A stretch of 64,000 nt of DNA. Origin: Mobula hypostoma. Its lineage: Eukaryota. The DNA is taken from assembly GCF_963921235.1 (NCBI RefSeq), contig NC_086097.1:238330001-238394000 (forward strand). The letters run 5' to 3'. Below are positions 48,680 to 60,162 of the stretch, piece after piece. The first letter of the stretch is position 1; the number at the start of each line of letters is the position of its first letter. The position numbers and the translations under genes were made by a program. The notes beneath the pieces are model-generated. The model was not told where the DNA came from and did no database searches. It worked only from the letters and a program-made list of their open reading frames with translations.

Positions 48680-50555
48680 ACACTGACGATGCATAACTGG
48701 CTGTGAGAGAGGAACAGCAGAGAGAACCATAAAATGATTACTTTCAGCCTGATGGAGAACATCTAATGGTATACCCTAGGGTCAGTAATCTGACCATTGC
48801 TCTTTATAAAATATAGTAACGGCTCAGACAAGGGTGTAGGAAATGCAATTTGAAATGTGCCAATGACACAGAGCTTAGAAGATGTCAGAACAGACAGACT
48901 GGTGAAACAGAGATGGACAGCAGATGAAAGTTAATGTAAAGGAGGATGAAATGATGTACTTTGACATGAATAAGGCCAAGAGGCAGTGTAGGCTCAATCA
49001 CACAATTCAGATTGTGATACAGGAACAGACAGACTAAGGGTGAATGCACAAAAATCTATGAAAATAGCTAGGAAAGCTGATAGAAGTATTACAATTGTAA
49101 CTAAAAAAACATGTCAGAGATTTTTTTTTGAGTGGTTCTATTCCCAGGAATAAGGATTTTCAAGTATCTGAAAAAGCTAGATTTATTTATTTATTGAGAT
49201 ACAGCTTGGAGTTGGCCCTTCAAGCCATGCTGCCCAGCAATCCCTCGATTTAATTCAAGCCTAATCACGGGACAATTTACAATGACCAATTCATCTCCCA
49301 AGCAGTAGGTGTTTGCCCTGAGGGAGGAAACCCACATGGTCATGCGGAGAATGTACGAAATCCTTACAGGCAGCGGTGGGATTTGAACCCAGGTTGCCTG
49401 TACTTGTGAAGTATTGTGCTAACCACTAAGGTCTCAGCCCAAAACTGTTTACTTCTCTCCATGCATGCTTCCTGACTTACTGAATTCCACCTGCATTTTG
49501 TACATGTTGCTCAAGCTTTCTAATATCTCACGTGTTTCGAACAAGAGATATTGAAGACACTTAACTAAAGGTGGTTAAGGTATATTGCAAGGCTAGTCCA
49601 GAAAAAAAATATTTCCTGTGGCTGGAGCTTTAGTAGTAAGAATCAATAGTCTTTAGATAGTTGGCCAAAAAAGCCAAGGGTAAAACTACTTTTTAAATTC
49701 ACTAAGTTGTAATGATCTGGAATACGTTTACTGAAATTCTTTATTAATTGATTCATTATCCTTTATTAGTCATGGCACTGACATCAATGTCAGGAGTTAT
49801 GTCTCAGCTCTGGGTAGGCTGCAACTGAAGCATTGCATTTGTAGTTGTCACATTATTGAAAGCATGTACAGGCTTTAGTGAGGGTGTAAGGGAGGTTTGC
49901 TAAGATATTAACTGGAGTAAAGGGCATGTGTTTTAGGAGAGATTAGATAAATTTAGGTTGTTTTCTCTGACATGTCCTATCTGATCAAGGAGGTGGTACA
50001 GGATCCTGGACTTTCAAAGTTTTAAGAGGAGCTTTGTTCCCTCTGCCATCAGTTTTCTGACTAGTCCATGAACAAACCTCATTACACATCTTTTCCACTT
50101 TTTTTTTACAACTTGTATAAATTCATATGCCTTGCACTGTACTGCTGTTACAAAACAACAGGTTACACAACATTGGTCAGAGCTGATAGTCCTGAAAGAA
50201 GTTTGAGATTATGGAGGGTTTATAAATAGAGTCCAGAGTCAATCTATTTTCCCCAGGGGGAAAATATCTAATATTGGAGGGGCATGATACAAACATACAT
50301 ATATACATACACACAAATACATAGTGATGGGTGCCTCGAATGCACAGCCACGACTGGAGGTAAAGACAAACCTGATAGAAGCATTTCAGAGGCTCTTAGA
50401 CAAACACATGAATGTGTAGGGAATGAGAAATATGGGCATTTGTGTAGGCATATGGGATTAGTTTAGTTAGGCATTAAATTACTAGTTTAATTAGTCCAGT
50501 ACAACATCATGGGCTGAAGGGCCTGTTCCTGTGTTACACTGTTCTATGTTCTGTA
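48680..50555 (+). mobile_element. Highly decayed CR1 remnants interrupted by a V-SINE and a Rex1-type tail
   Basis: Degenerate GVPQGS / FADDT-like DNA (ggtataccctagggtcagt; gtgccaatgacaca) and a CR1 3' UTR ending gttctatgttct. Confidence 0.45.
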
Positions 50556-51537
50556 AAATGGAGGCGGTGGCATTTCAATGAGAACTTTGAGAGCTGGATG
50601 TGTCTTCAAATAATATTCCGTACAATGTCTTTTCTATACGAAGATAGAACAGCAGCTGTATTTCATTAGGAGTCTGAGAAGCTTTAATATTTCACCAAAG
50701 ACCCTCTCAAATTTCTACCCATGTACAGTGGAGAGCATTCTAAATAGTTGCATCATTATCTGTCATGAAGGGGTCGGAAAAAGTTCTGGAAAATTACAAA
50801 CTCAGCCATCTCCTTCATCAGCACTACCCTCCTCACCATCCAGGCCACCTTCAAAGGGTGATACCTTAAAGGAGGCAGCATCCATCGAGGACCCACATCA
50901 CCCAGGATGTGCTCTCTTCTCAATTTTACCATCAATTAGTACAGGAGCCTGAAGAAAGACACTAAGTTTTAGCAGCAGCTTCTTCCCCTCCACCATCAGA
51001 TTTCTGAATGGACAATGAGTCCATGTACACTTCCTTACTATTTATTGTAATTCTACTAATTTCATTTTATTATATTTTATTGTAAATTATAGTAATTTTT
51101 ATTATGTATTGCACTATACTGCTGCTGCAAAACAAATTTCACAACATATGCTAGTGATATTATACCCGATTCTGAAATACAGAACAATAGCAGCATGAAA
51201 ATGGGATTAGTTGAAATCACAAGAAAATGTAAGGACCATTCCATTTTTTTTGTATTTACACTCTAGTTAATGGGTCTTCTGATTCAGCATAAATTTAAGT
51301 ATTCTCCAGAAATCTAAGCTCATTCGCAGTGCTCCTTCTCTAAAGACCATCTCAACTACTAATTGTTTTTTTTTATGATTATTCAACTTCAATTGCATAT
51401 TTTATTAATACTCTTCAGACCAAGCATAACTAGAATCAGGCATGTGTCATGAAATTTGTCATCTTTGCTGCAGCAGTACAATGTAATACATAATAATAAA
51501 AAGCAGGAATTACAGTATCTACTGTGTACATACATCT

Positions 51538-51673
51538 ACCGATGCCTCTGGATACATCTTCAGTGATGTTCCTGAAATCATCGGGTGTTTTGGGTCTTTC
51601 AACACCATACACCCTCATACACCCTTCTCCAGGTGACCCAGCCGGGGCTGATCCGAACCCAGCTTGTGTCCAG
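51538..51673 (-). ncRNA. Second, divergent permuted hammerhead-like RNA; isolated probable HERO-like 3' UTR fragment
   Basis: Same segment order and helices as 9030-9148: GGGUC/GACCC, GGGUG-UA/A-CACCC, UGGUGUU/AACAUCA, CUGAAGA, CUGGACACA/UGUAUCCAG. GAAA reads AAAA here. It sits in the TA-rich stretch of a Rex1/Babar-type 3' fragment. Confidence 0.55.
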
Positions 51674-52134
51674 ATTATATAGTTAAATAAGTAGTGCAAA
51701 AATAGAAATAGAAATAAAGTAGTGAGGTAATGTTCATGGGTCCAATGTCCATTCAGAAGTCCCATGGCAGAGGGGAAGAAGCTGTTGCTGAATCATTAAG
51801 TGTACACTTCAGGCTCCTATACCTCCTATCTGATGGCAGCAATGAAAGCATTCAACCTTCACTCCTGTCCCTAGAAAAAGCTTGTTGGAACCTGCAGTGA
51901 TGGTAAGAAAGAAAGGTTCAGGAAGTCATAAATAGTTGTCATTATGACAACTTTTCCCTCAATGTCAACTGAAGAGCTGGTCATTATCTTCAGGAGTGGG
52001 GCAGTACACATGCTCCTATCCACATTAATGGTTTTGAGTTTAAGTGCTTTAAATTCCTAGGGGTAAATAGCACCAATAAGCTGTTCTAGTCCAACCACAT
52101 TGAGGTCAGGGCTAAGGAACCCTGCCAATAGTCA

Positions 52135-52522
52135 TACTTTATTGATCCCGGGGGAAATTGATTTTCGTTACAGTTGCACCATAAATAATAAATAGTAATA
52201 GAACCATAAATAGTTAAATAGTAATATGTAAATAATGAAATAAGTCCAGGACCAGCCTATTGGCTCAGGGTGTCTGACCCTTCAAGGGAGGAGTTGTAAA
52301 GTTTGATGGCCACAGGCAGGAATGACTTCCTATGACGCTCTGTGTTGCATCTCGGTGGAATGAGTCTCTGGCTGAATGTACTCCTGTGCCCAACCAGTAC
52401 ATTACGTAGTGGATGGGAGACATTGTCCAAGATGGCATGCAACTTGGACAGCATCCTCTTTTCAGACACCACTGTCAGAGAGTCCAGTTCCATCCCCACA
52501 ACATCACCGGCCTTACAAATGA
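52135..52522 (-). mobile_element. Younger Rex1/Babar-type 3' fragment nested in an older one (~51990-52650 +)
   Basis: ILDNVSHPLRNVL..SQRLIPPRCNTERHRKSFLPVAIKLYN (ORF 52257-52499). Confidence 0.7.
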
Positions 52523-53214
52523 GTTACAATACCTCTGCTTCCTCAGGAGGTTAAAGTAGTTTGGCATTTCCCATTCAACCCTAATTTTTAAATCAATGCA
52601 TCATAGAAAGCATTCTGTCTGGATGCACAACAGCTCGATATGACAACTGTTCTGTACAGTTTAAGGCGTTTAAGAGAAGTTTGGATAGGTGCACGGATGG
52701 GATCGGTGTGCAGAGCTATGGTCTGGGTCCAGGTCTATAGGACTAGTCAGTTTAAATGGTTTGGCACGGACTAGATGGGCCAAAATCATATTCCTTACAA
52801 GTTACTGATGCTGAAGGATGGCGTGTCTATTCATTTAACACATCTATTATTCCAAACTGCAGGACAGTGCAAGCTCATGTACTCTTTAAAAAGGGGACGG
52901 CCAAAGTCCACCAGCTTTTAATCAAATTAGCATTACTCTCTGCAGTCCAGAATAAACTAGATTACATATTCCATAGCAAGTGCTCATTTTTGGATCTTTC
53001 AAATTCCTCACTTGCAGTTACAATAACATGGCATCTGGTATTCAAGTTAACCCTGCATCTCCAATTGCATAACTTATACAGAGTGTCCTGAACCAATAAG
53101 GAACCATAAATGGTTCACGAAAACAGTGAATACTGGGATAACTCAGCTGGTCATGCCACATCAGTTGGAAGGGAAACAGAATTTCAGATCAATCATATCA
53201 AGTTTCAGAGAAGG

Positions 53215-54590
53215 AGATCCTGCTCTTGCAATGTCTGCCAGGTATCGAAGATGTTCCACCATCATACAAACCTTCCCCTCTTCTCCTCCTTCAGAATTAT
53301 GCAGGGATCGCTCCCTTTGAAATTTCTAATTCATCTTCCATTCCCATAAACTACCCTCATTGTTACAACACTTTTGCTTGCAATTTCTTCATTTCTTCTT
53401 TCCACCATCCAGAGTCACAAACAGTTTTTCCTTGATTCTGGCAGAAATTCATCTGCACTTCTTTGAATCTAATACATTTGGTGCTCACAATGAGGCCTCA
53501 TCTGCCTTCGTTCATTTGTTATGTGCCGTGTCATATGATGTGCGGGATCATGGTCTTTTCAGGACCATGGTTCTTGTCAAATTTTTCCTAGAGAAGTGGT
53601 TCACCACTGCCTTCTTCTGGGCAGCGCCTTTACAAGACGGGTAATCCCAGCCATTATCAATATTCTTCAGAGATGATCAGCCTGGCTTCAGTTGTCAAAT
53701 AACCAGGACTTGTGATATGCACCATACAACCATCTACTGTCTGCTCCCATGGCTTCACATGACCCTGACTTTGGGGGGGGGGGTGGGAAGAAGAGGGAGA
53801 AAAGGGCTAAGCAGGTGGTACACGTTGCCCAAGGGCGACCTGCAAGCGAATGGAAAGAGGGCATTACACCTCCTTTCGTAGAAGGGCATCTTCACCCTGC
53901 TATACTCTACATTGGAGAAACCAAAAGCAAATTGAGTGACTACTTTGCACAACACTTGCATTCAGTCTGTAGGAGTGATCTAAGCTTTCTGTTACCGGTC
54001 ACTTGAATTCTTTATTCTATTCCAGCTCTGACCTATCAATCTGTGCAGTCTGTTGCTTCTTGTGTTCTTACAGTGGGATCCAACACAAATGAGGAATAGC
54101 ACCTCATCTTCTAACACAAAATATTCTGCAAATTCAATCAATAGACATAAAGTGCTGGAGGAACTCAGCAAATCAGGCAGCATCTGTGAGGTGGGGGGGG
54201 TTAAATAGTTGACTTTTTTCCCCCTTCAAAGTCCCTTCATCAGGACTGGAAAGGAAAGGGGGATGAGCCTTTATCTTCTGTCTGGGCACATTGTAGACTT
54301 CATTTCTGTTTTTCCTCATTCATTCATCTGTGATATTTGCTCACCTTGTTTGAGTTCCCTCCTTCAGCCTCCCACCCCACCCCCCATGGAAATGGAAACC
54401 ATGGCCTACCAGGAATACCTTCCAGCCCTGCATTTCACAACTCCTTCATTCTTTGGTTCATGTTCTCACTCTCCAATCAATCATTGACCAAATATCCTTG
54501 TTTAAAATTTCAAGGCACCCAAGTCTTACCCTGCCATCCCCTCCCCAGCAGCTTAAGTTTTCTTCCCCCAAACCAATGAAGGGTCTTCAA
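53215..54590. mobile_element. Cluster of old Penelope-like fragments in mixed orientation, with an RTE/BovB-tail-like SINE piece at ~53500-53890
   Basis: ILYIGETKSKLSDYFAQHLHSV in ORF 53749-54006. pLTR pieces at ~54145-54260(-) and ~54500-54590(+). aagtggttcaccactgccttcttctggg resembles RTE/BovB-type tails. Confidence 0.5.
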
Positions 54591-54914
54591 CCGTGTGGTG
54601 ATATCACATGGCAATGATGTGCCAGTACATGATTGGACAGAGCACTGAGCATGTGCGGGGTTTGCCAGAATGTTTCATCACGTGGCGGGGTTTGATTATT
54701 ACTGTAAATAAAAGTTCTCTAATTCTTCCAGAATATGATTCTTTACTGTTAACCCACGGTATGTATAACAGAAGTAACATAAACTGGAAATGTAAACTCC
54801 TTTTATCTTCCCAAAGATAGAGTCTTTGAGACTTCTGACTTCTCCCAACATTTTCTGCTTTTATTTTAGGCTTTCAAGCATCTGAAGTTTTTAAAATCAT
54901 ATTCTCATTCTACA

Positions 54915-57705
54915 TAACTCCAGGCTGGGTCTTTATGTGCTGCTGTTGTGACTCCCGTCTCTCCTTCCCCCACCAATACTCTGCAATCCCGTCTCCCTCA
55001 GATCCCACCGTCAGCTCCTGGGCCCTCAGAGGCTCCATCTTCCTCTCACCCCAACCCTCCCCTCTCCACTGACACCCCCAGCCTCCCCCCTCCCCCCTCT
55101 GATCCCAGCTCTCATCCGTGCCGGGTCTTTACCATCCCCTCCGACCTTCAACTGTCGGAGGCAGAACGCTCTGTTCTCAGTAAGGGCCTCACCTTTGTCC
55201 CCCTTCGCCCACACCTCAGCGAGTTCCGTGTTCGCCACGATGCGGAACTTTTCTTCCGCCGTCTCCGTCTCCGAGCCTACTTCTTCAGCAAGGACTCTTC
55301 CACTCCCACCGATGACCCCTTCTCCCGTCTTCAACCCTCCTCTTCTTCATGGACTGCCTGCTCTGGATCTCTTTATTGCTAACTGCCGACGGGACATCAA
55401 CCGTCTCGACTTCAACGCACCTTGTCCCCATTCCAACCTCACTCCTTCGGAACGCTCTGCTCTCCACTCCCTCCGCACTAATCCTAACCTTATTATTAAA
55501 CCCGCTGATAAGGGGGGTGCTGTTGTAGTCTGGCGTACTGACCTCTACCTTGCCGAGGCGCAGCGACAACTCGCGGATACCTCCTCTTATTTACCCCTCG
55601 ATTGTGACCCCACTAAGGAGCACCAGGCCATTGTCTCCCACACCATCACCGACTTTATCTGCTCAGGGGATCTCCCATCCACTGCTACCAACCTTATAGT
55701 TCCCACATCCCGCACTTCCCGTTTCTACCTCCTACCCAAGATCCACAAACCTGCCTGTCCTGGCCGACCTATTGTCTCAGCTTGCTCCTGCCCCACCGAA
55801 CTCGTTTCTGCATACCTCGACACTGTTTTTATCACCCCTTGTTCAATCCCTTCCGACCTATGTTCGTGACACTTCTCACGCTCTTAAACTTTTCGATGAT
55901 TATAAGTTCCCTGGCCCCCACCGCTTTATTTTCACCATGGATGTCCAGTCCTTATATACTTCCGTCCCCCATCAGGTCTCAAAGCTCTACGCTTCTTTTT
56001 GGATTCCAGACCTAATCAGTTCCCCTCTACCACCACTCTGCTCCGTCTAGCGGAATTAGTCCTTACTCTTAATAATTTCTCCTTTTGCTCCTCCCATTTC
56101 CTCCAAACTAAAGGTGTAGCTATGGGCACCCGTATGGGTCCTAGCTATGCCTGCCTTTTTGTTGGGTTTGTGGAACAATCTATGTTCCGTACCTATTCTG
56201 GTATCTGTCCCCCACTTTTCCTTCGCTACATCGACGACTGCATTGGCGCTGCTTCCTGCACGCATGCAGAACTCGTTGACTTTATTAACTTTGCCTCCAA
56301 CTTTCACCCTGCCCTCAAGTTTACCTGGTCCATTTCCGACACCTCCCTCCCCTTTCTAGATCTTTCTGTCTCTGTCTCTGGAGACAGCTTATCCACTGAT
56401 GTCTACTATAAGCCTACTGACTCTCACAGCTATCTGGACTATTCCTCTTCTCACCCTGTCTCTTGCAAAAACGCCATCCCCTTCTCGCAATTCCTCCGTC
56501 TCCGCCGCATCTGCTCTCAGGATGAGGCTTTTCATTCTAGGACGAGGGAGATGTCTTCATTTTTTAAAGAAAGGGGCTTCCCTTCCTCCACTATCAACTC
56601 TGCTCTTAAACGCATCTCCCCCATTTCACGTACATCTGCTCTCACTCCATCCTCCCACCACCCCACTAGGAGTAGGGTTCCCCTGGTCCTCACCTACCAC
56701 CCCACCAGCCTCCGGGTCCAACATATTATTCTCCGTAACTTCCGCCACCTCCAACGGGATCCCACCACTAAGCACATCTTTCCCTCCCCCCCCCCGCATT
56801 CCGCAGGGATCGCTCCCTACACAACTCCCTTGTCCATTCGTCCCCCCCATCCCTCCCCACTGATCTCCCTCCTGGCACTTATCCGTGTAAGCGGAACAAG
56901 TGCTACACATGCCCTTACACTTCCTCCCTTACCACCATTCAGGGCCCCAAACAGTCCTTCCAGGTGAGGCATCACTTCACCTGTGAGTCGACTGGGGTGA
57001 TATACTGCGTCTGGTGCTCCCAATGTGGCCTTTTATATATTGGTGAGACCCGATGCAGACTGGGAGACCGCTTTGCTGAACATCTACGCTCTGTCCGCCA
57101 GAGAAAGTAGGATATCCCAGTGGCCACACATTTTAATTCCACATCCCATTCCCATGCTGACATGTCTATCCACAGCCTCCTCTACTGTAAAGATGAAGCC
57201 ACACTCAGGTTGGAGGAACAACACCTTATATTCCGTCTGGGTAGCCTCCAACCTGATGGCATGAACATCGACTTCTCTAACTTCCGCTAGGCCCCACCTC
57301 CCCCTCGTACCCCATCTGTTACTCATTTTTATGCACACATTCTTTCTCTCACTCTCCTTTTTCTCCCTCTGTCCCTCTGAATATACCTCTTGCCCATCCT
57401 CTGGGTCACCCCCCCCTTGTCTTTCTTCCCGAACCTCCTGTCCCATGATCCTCTCGTATCCCCTTTTGCCCATCACCTGTCCAGCTCTCGGCTCTATCCC
57501 TCCCCCTCCTGTCTTCTCCTATCATTTTGCATCTCCCCCTCCCCCTCCAGCTTACTCACTCTTCCTTCAGTTAGTCCTGACGAAGGGTCTCGGCCTGAAA
57601 GGTTGACTGCACCTCTTCCTATAGATGCTGCTTGGCCTGCTGCGTTCACCAGCAACTTTGATGTGTGTTGCTTGAATTTCCAGCATCTGCAGAATTCCTG
57701 TTGTT
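54915..57705 (+). mobile_element. Penelope-like retroelement, 5'-truncated, with disrupted RT + GIY-YIG ORF and 3' pseudo-LTR
   Basis: ORF pieces 54948-55382, 55195-55869 (IIKPADKGGAVV, FYLLPKIHK..GRPIVS) and 55999-56967 (GVAMGTRMGPSYACLF, FLRYIDD). GIY-YIG motif VIYCVWCSQCGLLYIGETRCRLGDRFAEH starts at 56997, with a premature stop at 57108-57110. A 13-bp direct repeat ttctcattctaca lies at 54902-54914 and 57704-57716. Confidence 0.92.
57573..57609 (+). ncRNA. Minimal type-I hammerhead ribozyme motif in the Penelope pseudo-LTR
   Basis: agtc-CTGACGA-agggtctcggcct-GAAA-ggtt-gactg. Stem I is AGUC/GACU. Hammerheads in PLE pseudo-LTRs are established. Confidence 0.7.
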
Positions 57706-58009
57706 CTCATTCTACAGTTACTTTTATTTTTTAAAGTTAAAGATCAGCTTTTTTGTCACATGTATGTTCAAGCAGACAGTATAGTTAAATGCATTGTTTG
57801 TATCAAAGGCGATTATGCTTGGCAGCCTTCAAGTACTGCCATGCTTGAGGCCAAGTTAGCATGCCCACAACTTACTAACTCTACTCCATCCATATTTGGA
57901 ATGTAGGAGAACACTGAAACACTAAGAAAAGCCACGCAGCCACGGGATAAATGTACAAACTCCTGACAGAGAGCAGCAGGATTTGACCCCCACTGTACCG
58001 GTGGAGAAA

Positions 58010-59630
58010 TTTTCAAATGTCATTGGTGACATACCAAATCCCCTCAAACCCTAATGGGATAAAGCTGCTGTTGTGTCTCATTTGTAATTGCATATGTTGG
58101 ACCTAAGATCGATCTTCAGAGATGTTGACACTCAGGAACTGAAAACTCCTCAGCATTTTCACTGCTCATCCCAAAGGACTGATGAGTGTTTCCATAACCT
58201 CTTTTTCCTCAAGTCCATAATCAATTCCTTGGTCTTACTGACATTGAGTGCAAGATTGCTGCTGCAACAACACTCATCCAGCTGATCTATCTCACTCCTG
58301 TATGCCTCCTCAGCACAACCTGAAATTCCACCAATAGTTGTGTCAATGACAAATTTATAGATATTTAAGCTTTCCTATGTCACACAGTCAAGGGTGTAGA
58401 CAGAGTAGAGCAGTGGGCTGAGCACACATCCTTGAGGTGCACCAGTGTCGACTGCACTGAGGTGGAGATATTATTTCCAATCTGCACTGACTGGTCTTGT
58501 TGGGAGGAAGTCATTGATCCAGTTGCAGAGGGAGGCACAGGAACCCAGATTTTAGACCTTGCTGATTAGAATTGAGGATATGATTGTGTTGAAAGCTGAA
58601 ATGCAGTCAATATACAGCAGCCTGACAAAGGCATTACTGTTGGCCAGGTGATCCAAGGCAGACAGATTGAAAATACTGTTGAACATTCCAGCCAGTTGGG
58701 TTGGCATAGGTTTTCAAAGCCCTTCCGGGTACGCTATTAGAGTCTGACGCCTTGCCAGGGTTCATCCTTTCGAAAACTGCTCTGACGTCGGCCTCAGAGG
58801 GAGATCGCAGGGTCAGCAGATGCTGTGAGGAATTGCACAGCTGTAGTCTTATTCTCCCTGTCAAAGTGTGCATAAAAGGCATTGGCTCATCTGGGAGTGC
58901 GCCACCACAACCATTCATGGTGTCACGTTTCGCTTTGCAGGAAGCAATGGCATGCAAACCCTGCTGTGCATCCAATTCCATCTCTAACCTCAATCGGAAT
59001 TGTTTATAACACTTAAGCTAGCCTTCCATAGGTCATGTGTGGAGTTCTTGTATAGTTCTGGATCACCAGTCTTGAATGCCGCGTGCTCTCGGCAGACTAC
59101 AAGTCTTCTAGTTCATCTATAGCTTTCAGTTTGCATATGTTTAGCATGTTTTCAAAGCAGCACACTCAACACACAGGTCTTAATGAAGTCAGTGACAATT
59201 ATGGTGCAGTCAGTCAGATTTGAAGATGAATCCCTGAATATTGTCTTGTCCACCGACTTAAAAGTAGTCCTTCCTGTAAGCACTCCTCCACCTCCCTTAT
59301 CCATACTTTCTTGGACCTCACCACTGTGCTGTGGTCTTCAGTTTCTGGAGTAGAAGCACAGCCAGGCGATCAGCCCTTCCAAAGTGAAGAAGTGGGTTGG
59401 CACATTAAGTGTTTTTGATAGTGGTATAACAGTGGTCAAACGTGTTTGTTCCTTTGGTTCTACAGGTGACATGTTGGTCATAGTTGTTCAGTTACTTCAA
59501 GCTGACCTGGTTCAAATTCCCCACAATGAATTTCTGTGTCTGCTGATTATGGTATACAGCTCCTCCAGTTCCTGCCCGACGTTGACCTAAGTTGGAATGT
59601 ACACCGCTACCAGGATGATGTCCCAGTTCA
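58010..59630 (-). mobile_element. Rex1/Babar-clade LINE, decayed internal fragment
   Basis: SEADVRAVFERMNPGKASDSNSVPGRALKTYAN (ORF 58634-58993). Degenerate TGAPQGCVLSPLLYSV region at ~58400-58445. Confidence 0.75.
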
Positions 59631-59678
59631 GACAAAGGAAAGATTGTGGGTCAATACATTAATGATAATACTGTCTTA

Positions 59679-60162
59679 ACATAGAAACATAGAAAATAGG
59701 TGCAGGAGTAGGCCATTCGGCCCTGAGCCTGCACCGCCATTTATTATAATCATGGCTGATCATCCAACTCAGAACCCCACCCCAGCCTTCCCTCCATACC
59801 CCCTGATCCCCGTAGCCACAAGGGCCATATCTAACTCCCTCTTAAATATAGCCAATGAACTGGCCTCAACTGTTTCCTGTGGCAGAAAATTACACAGATT
59901 CACCACTCTCTGTGTGAAGAAGTTTTTCCCTAATCTCGGTCCTAAAAGGCTTCCCCTTTATCCTCAAACTGTGACCCCTTGTTCTGGACTTCCCCAACAT
60001 CGGGAACAATCTTCCTGCATCTGGCCTGTCCAATCCCTTTAGGATTTTATATGTTTCAATCAGATCCCCCCTCAATCTTCTAAATTCCAACAAGTACAAG
60101 CCCAGTTCATCCAGTCTTTCTTCATATGAAAGTCCTGCCATCCCAGGAATCAATCTGGTGAA
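59679..60162 (-). mobile_element. Young CR1 3' fragment
   Basis: IPGMAGLSYEERLDELGL..RTRGHSLRIKG; same tail as 19011 and 36405. Confidence 0.93.

Noticed and set aside
54590..54762. Possible short solo LTR (TGTGG start, AATAAA near the end); similar idea for ~45985-46170
   Set aside because: No convincing TG..CA termini with a matching TSD.
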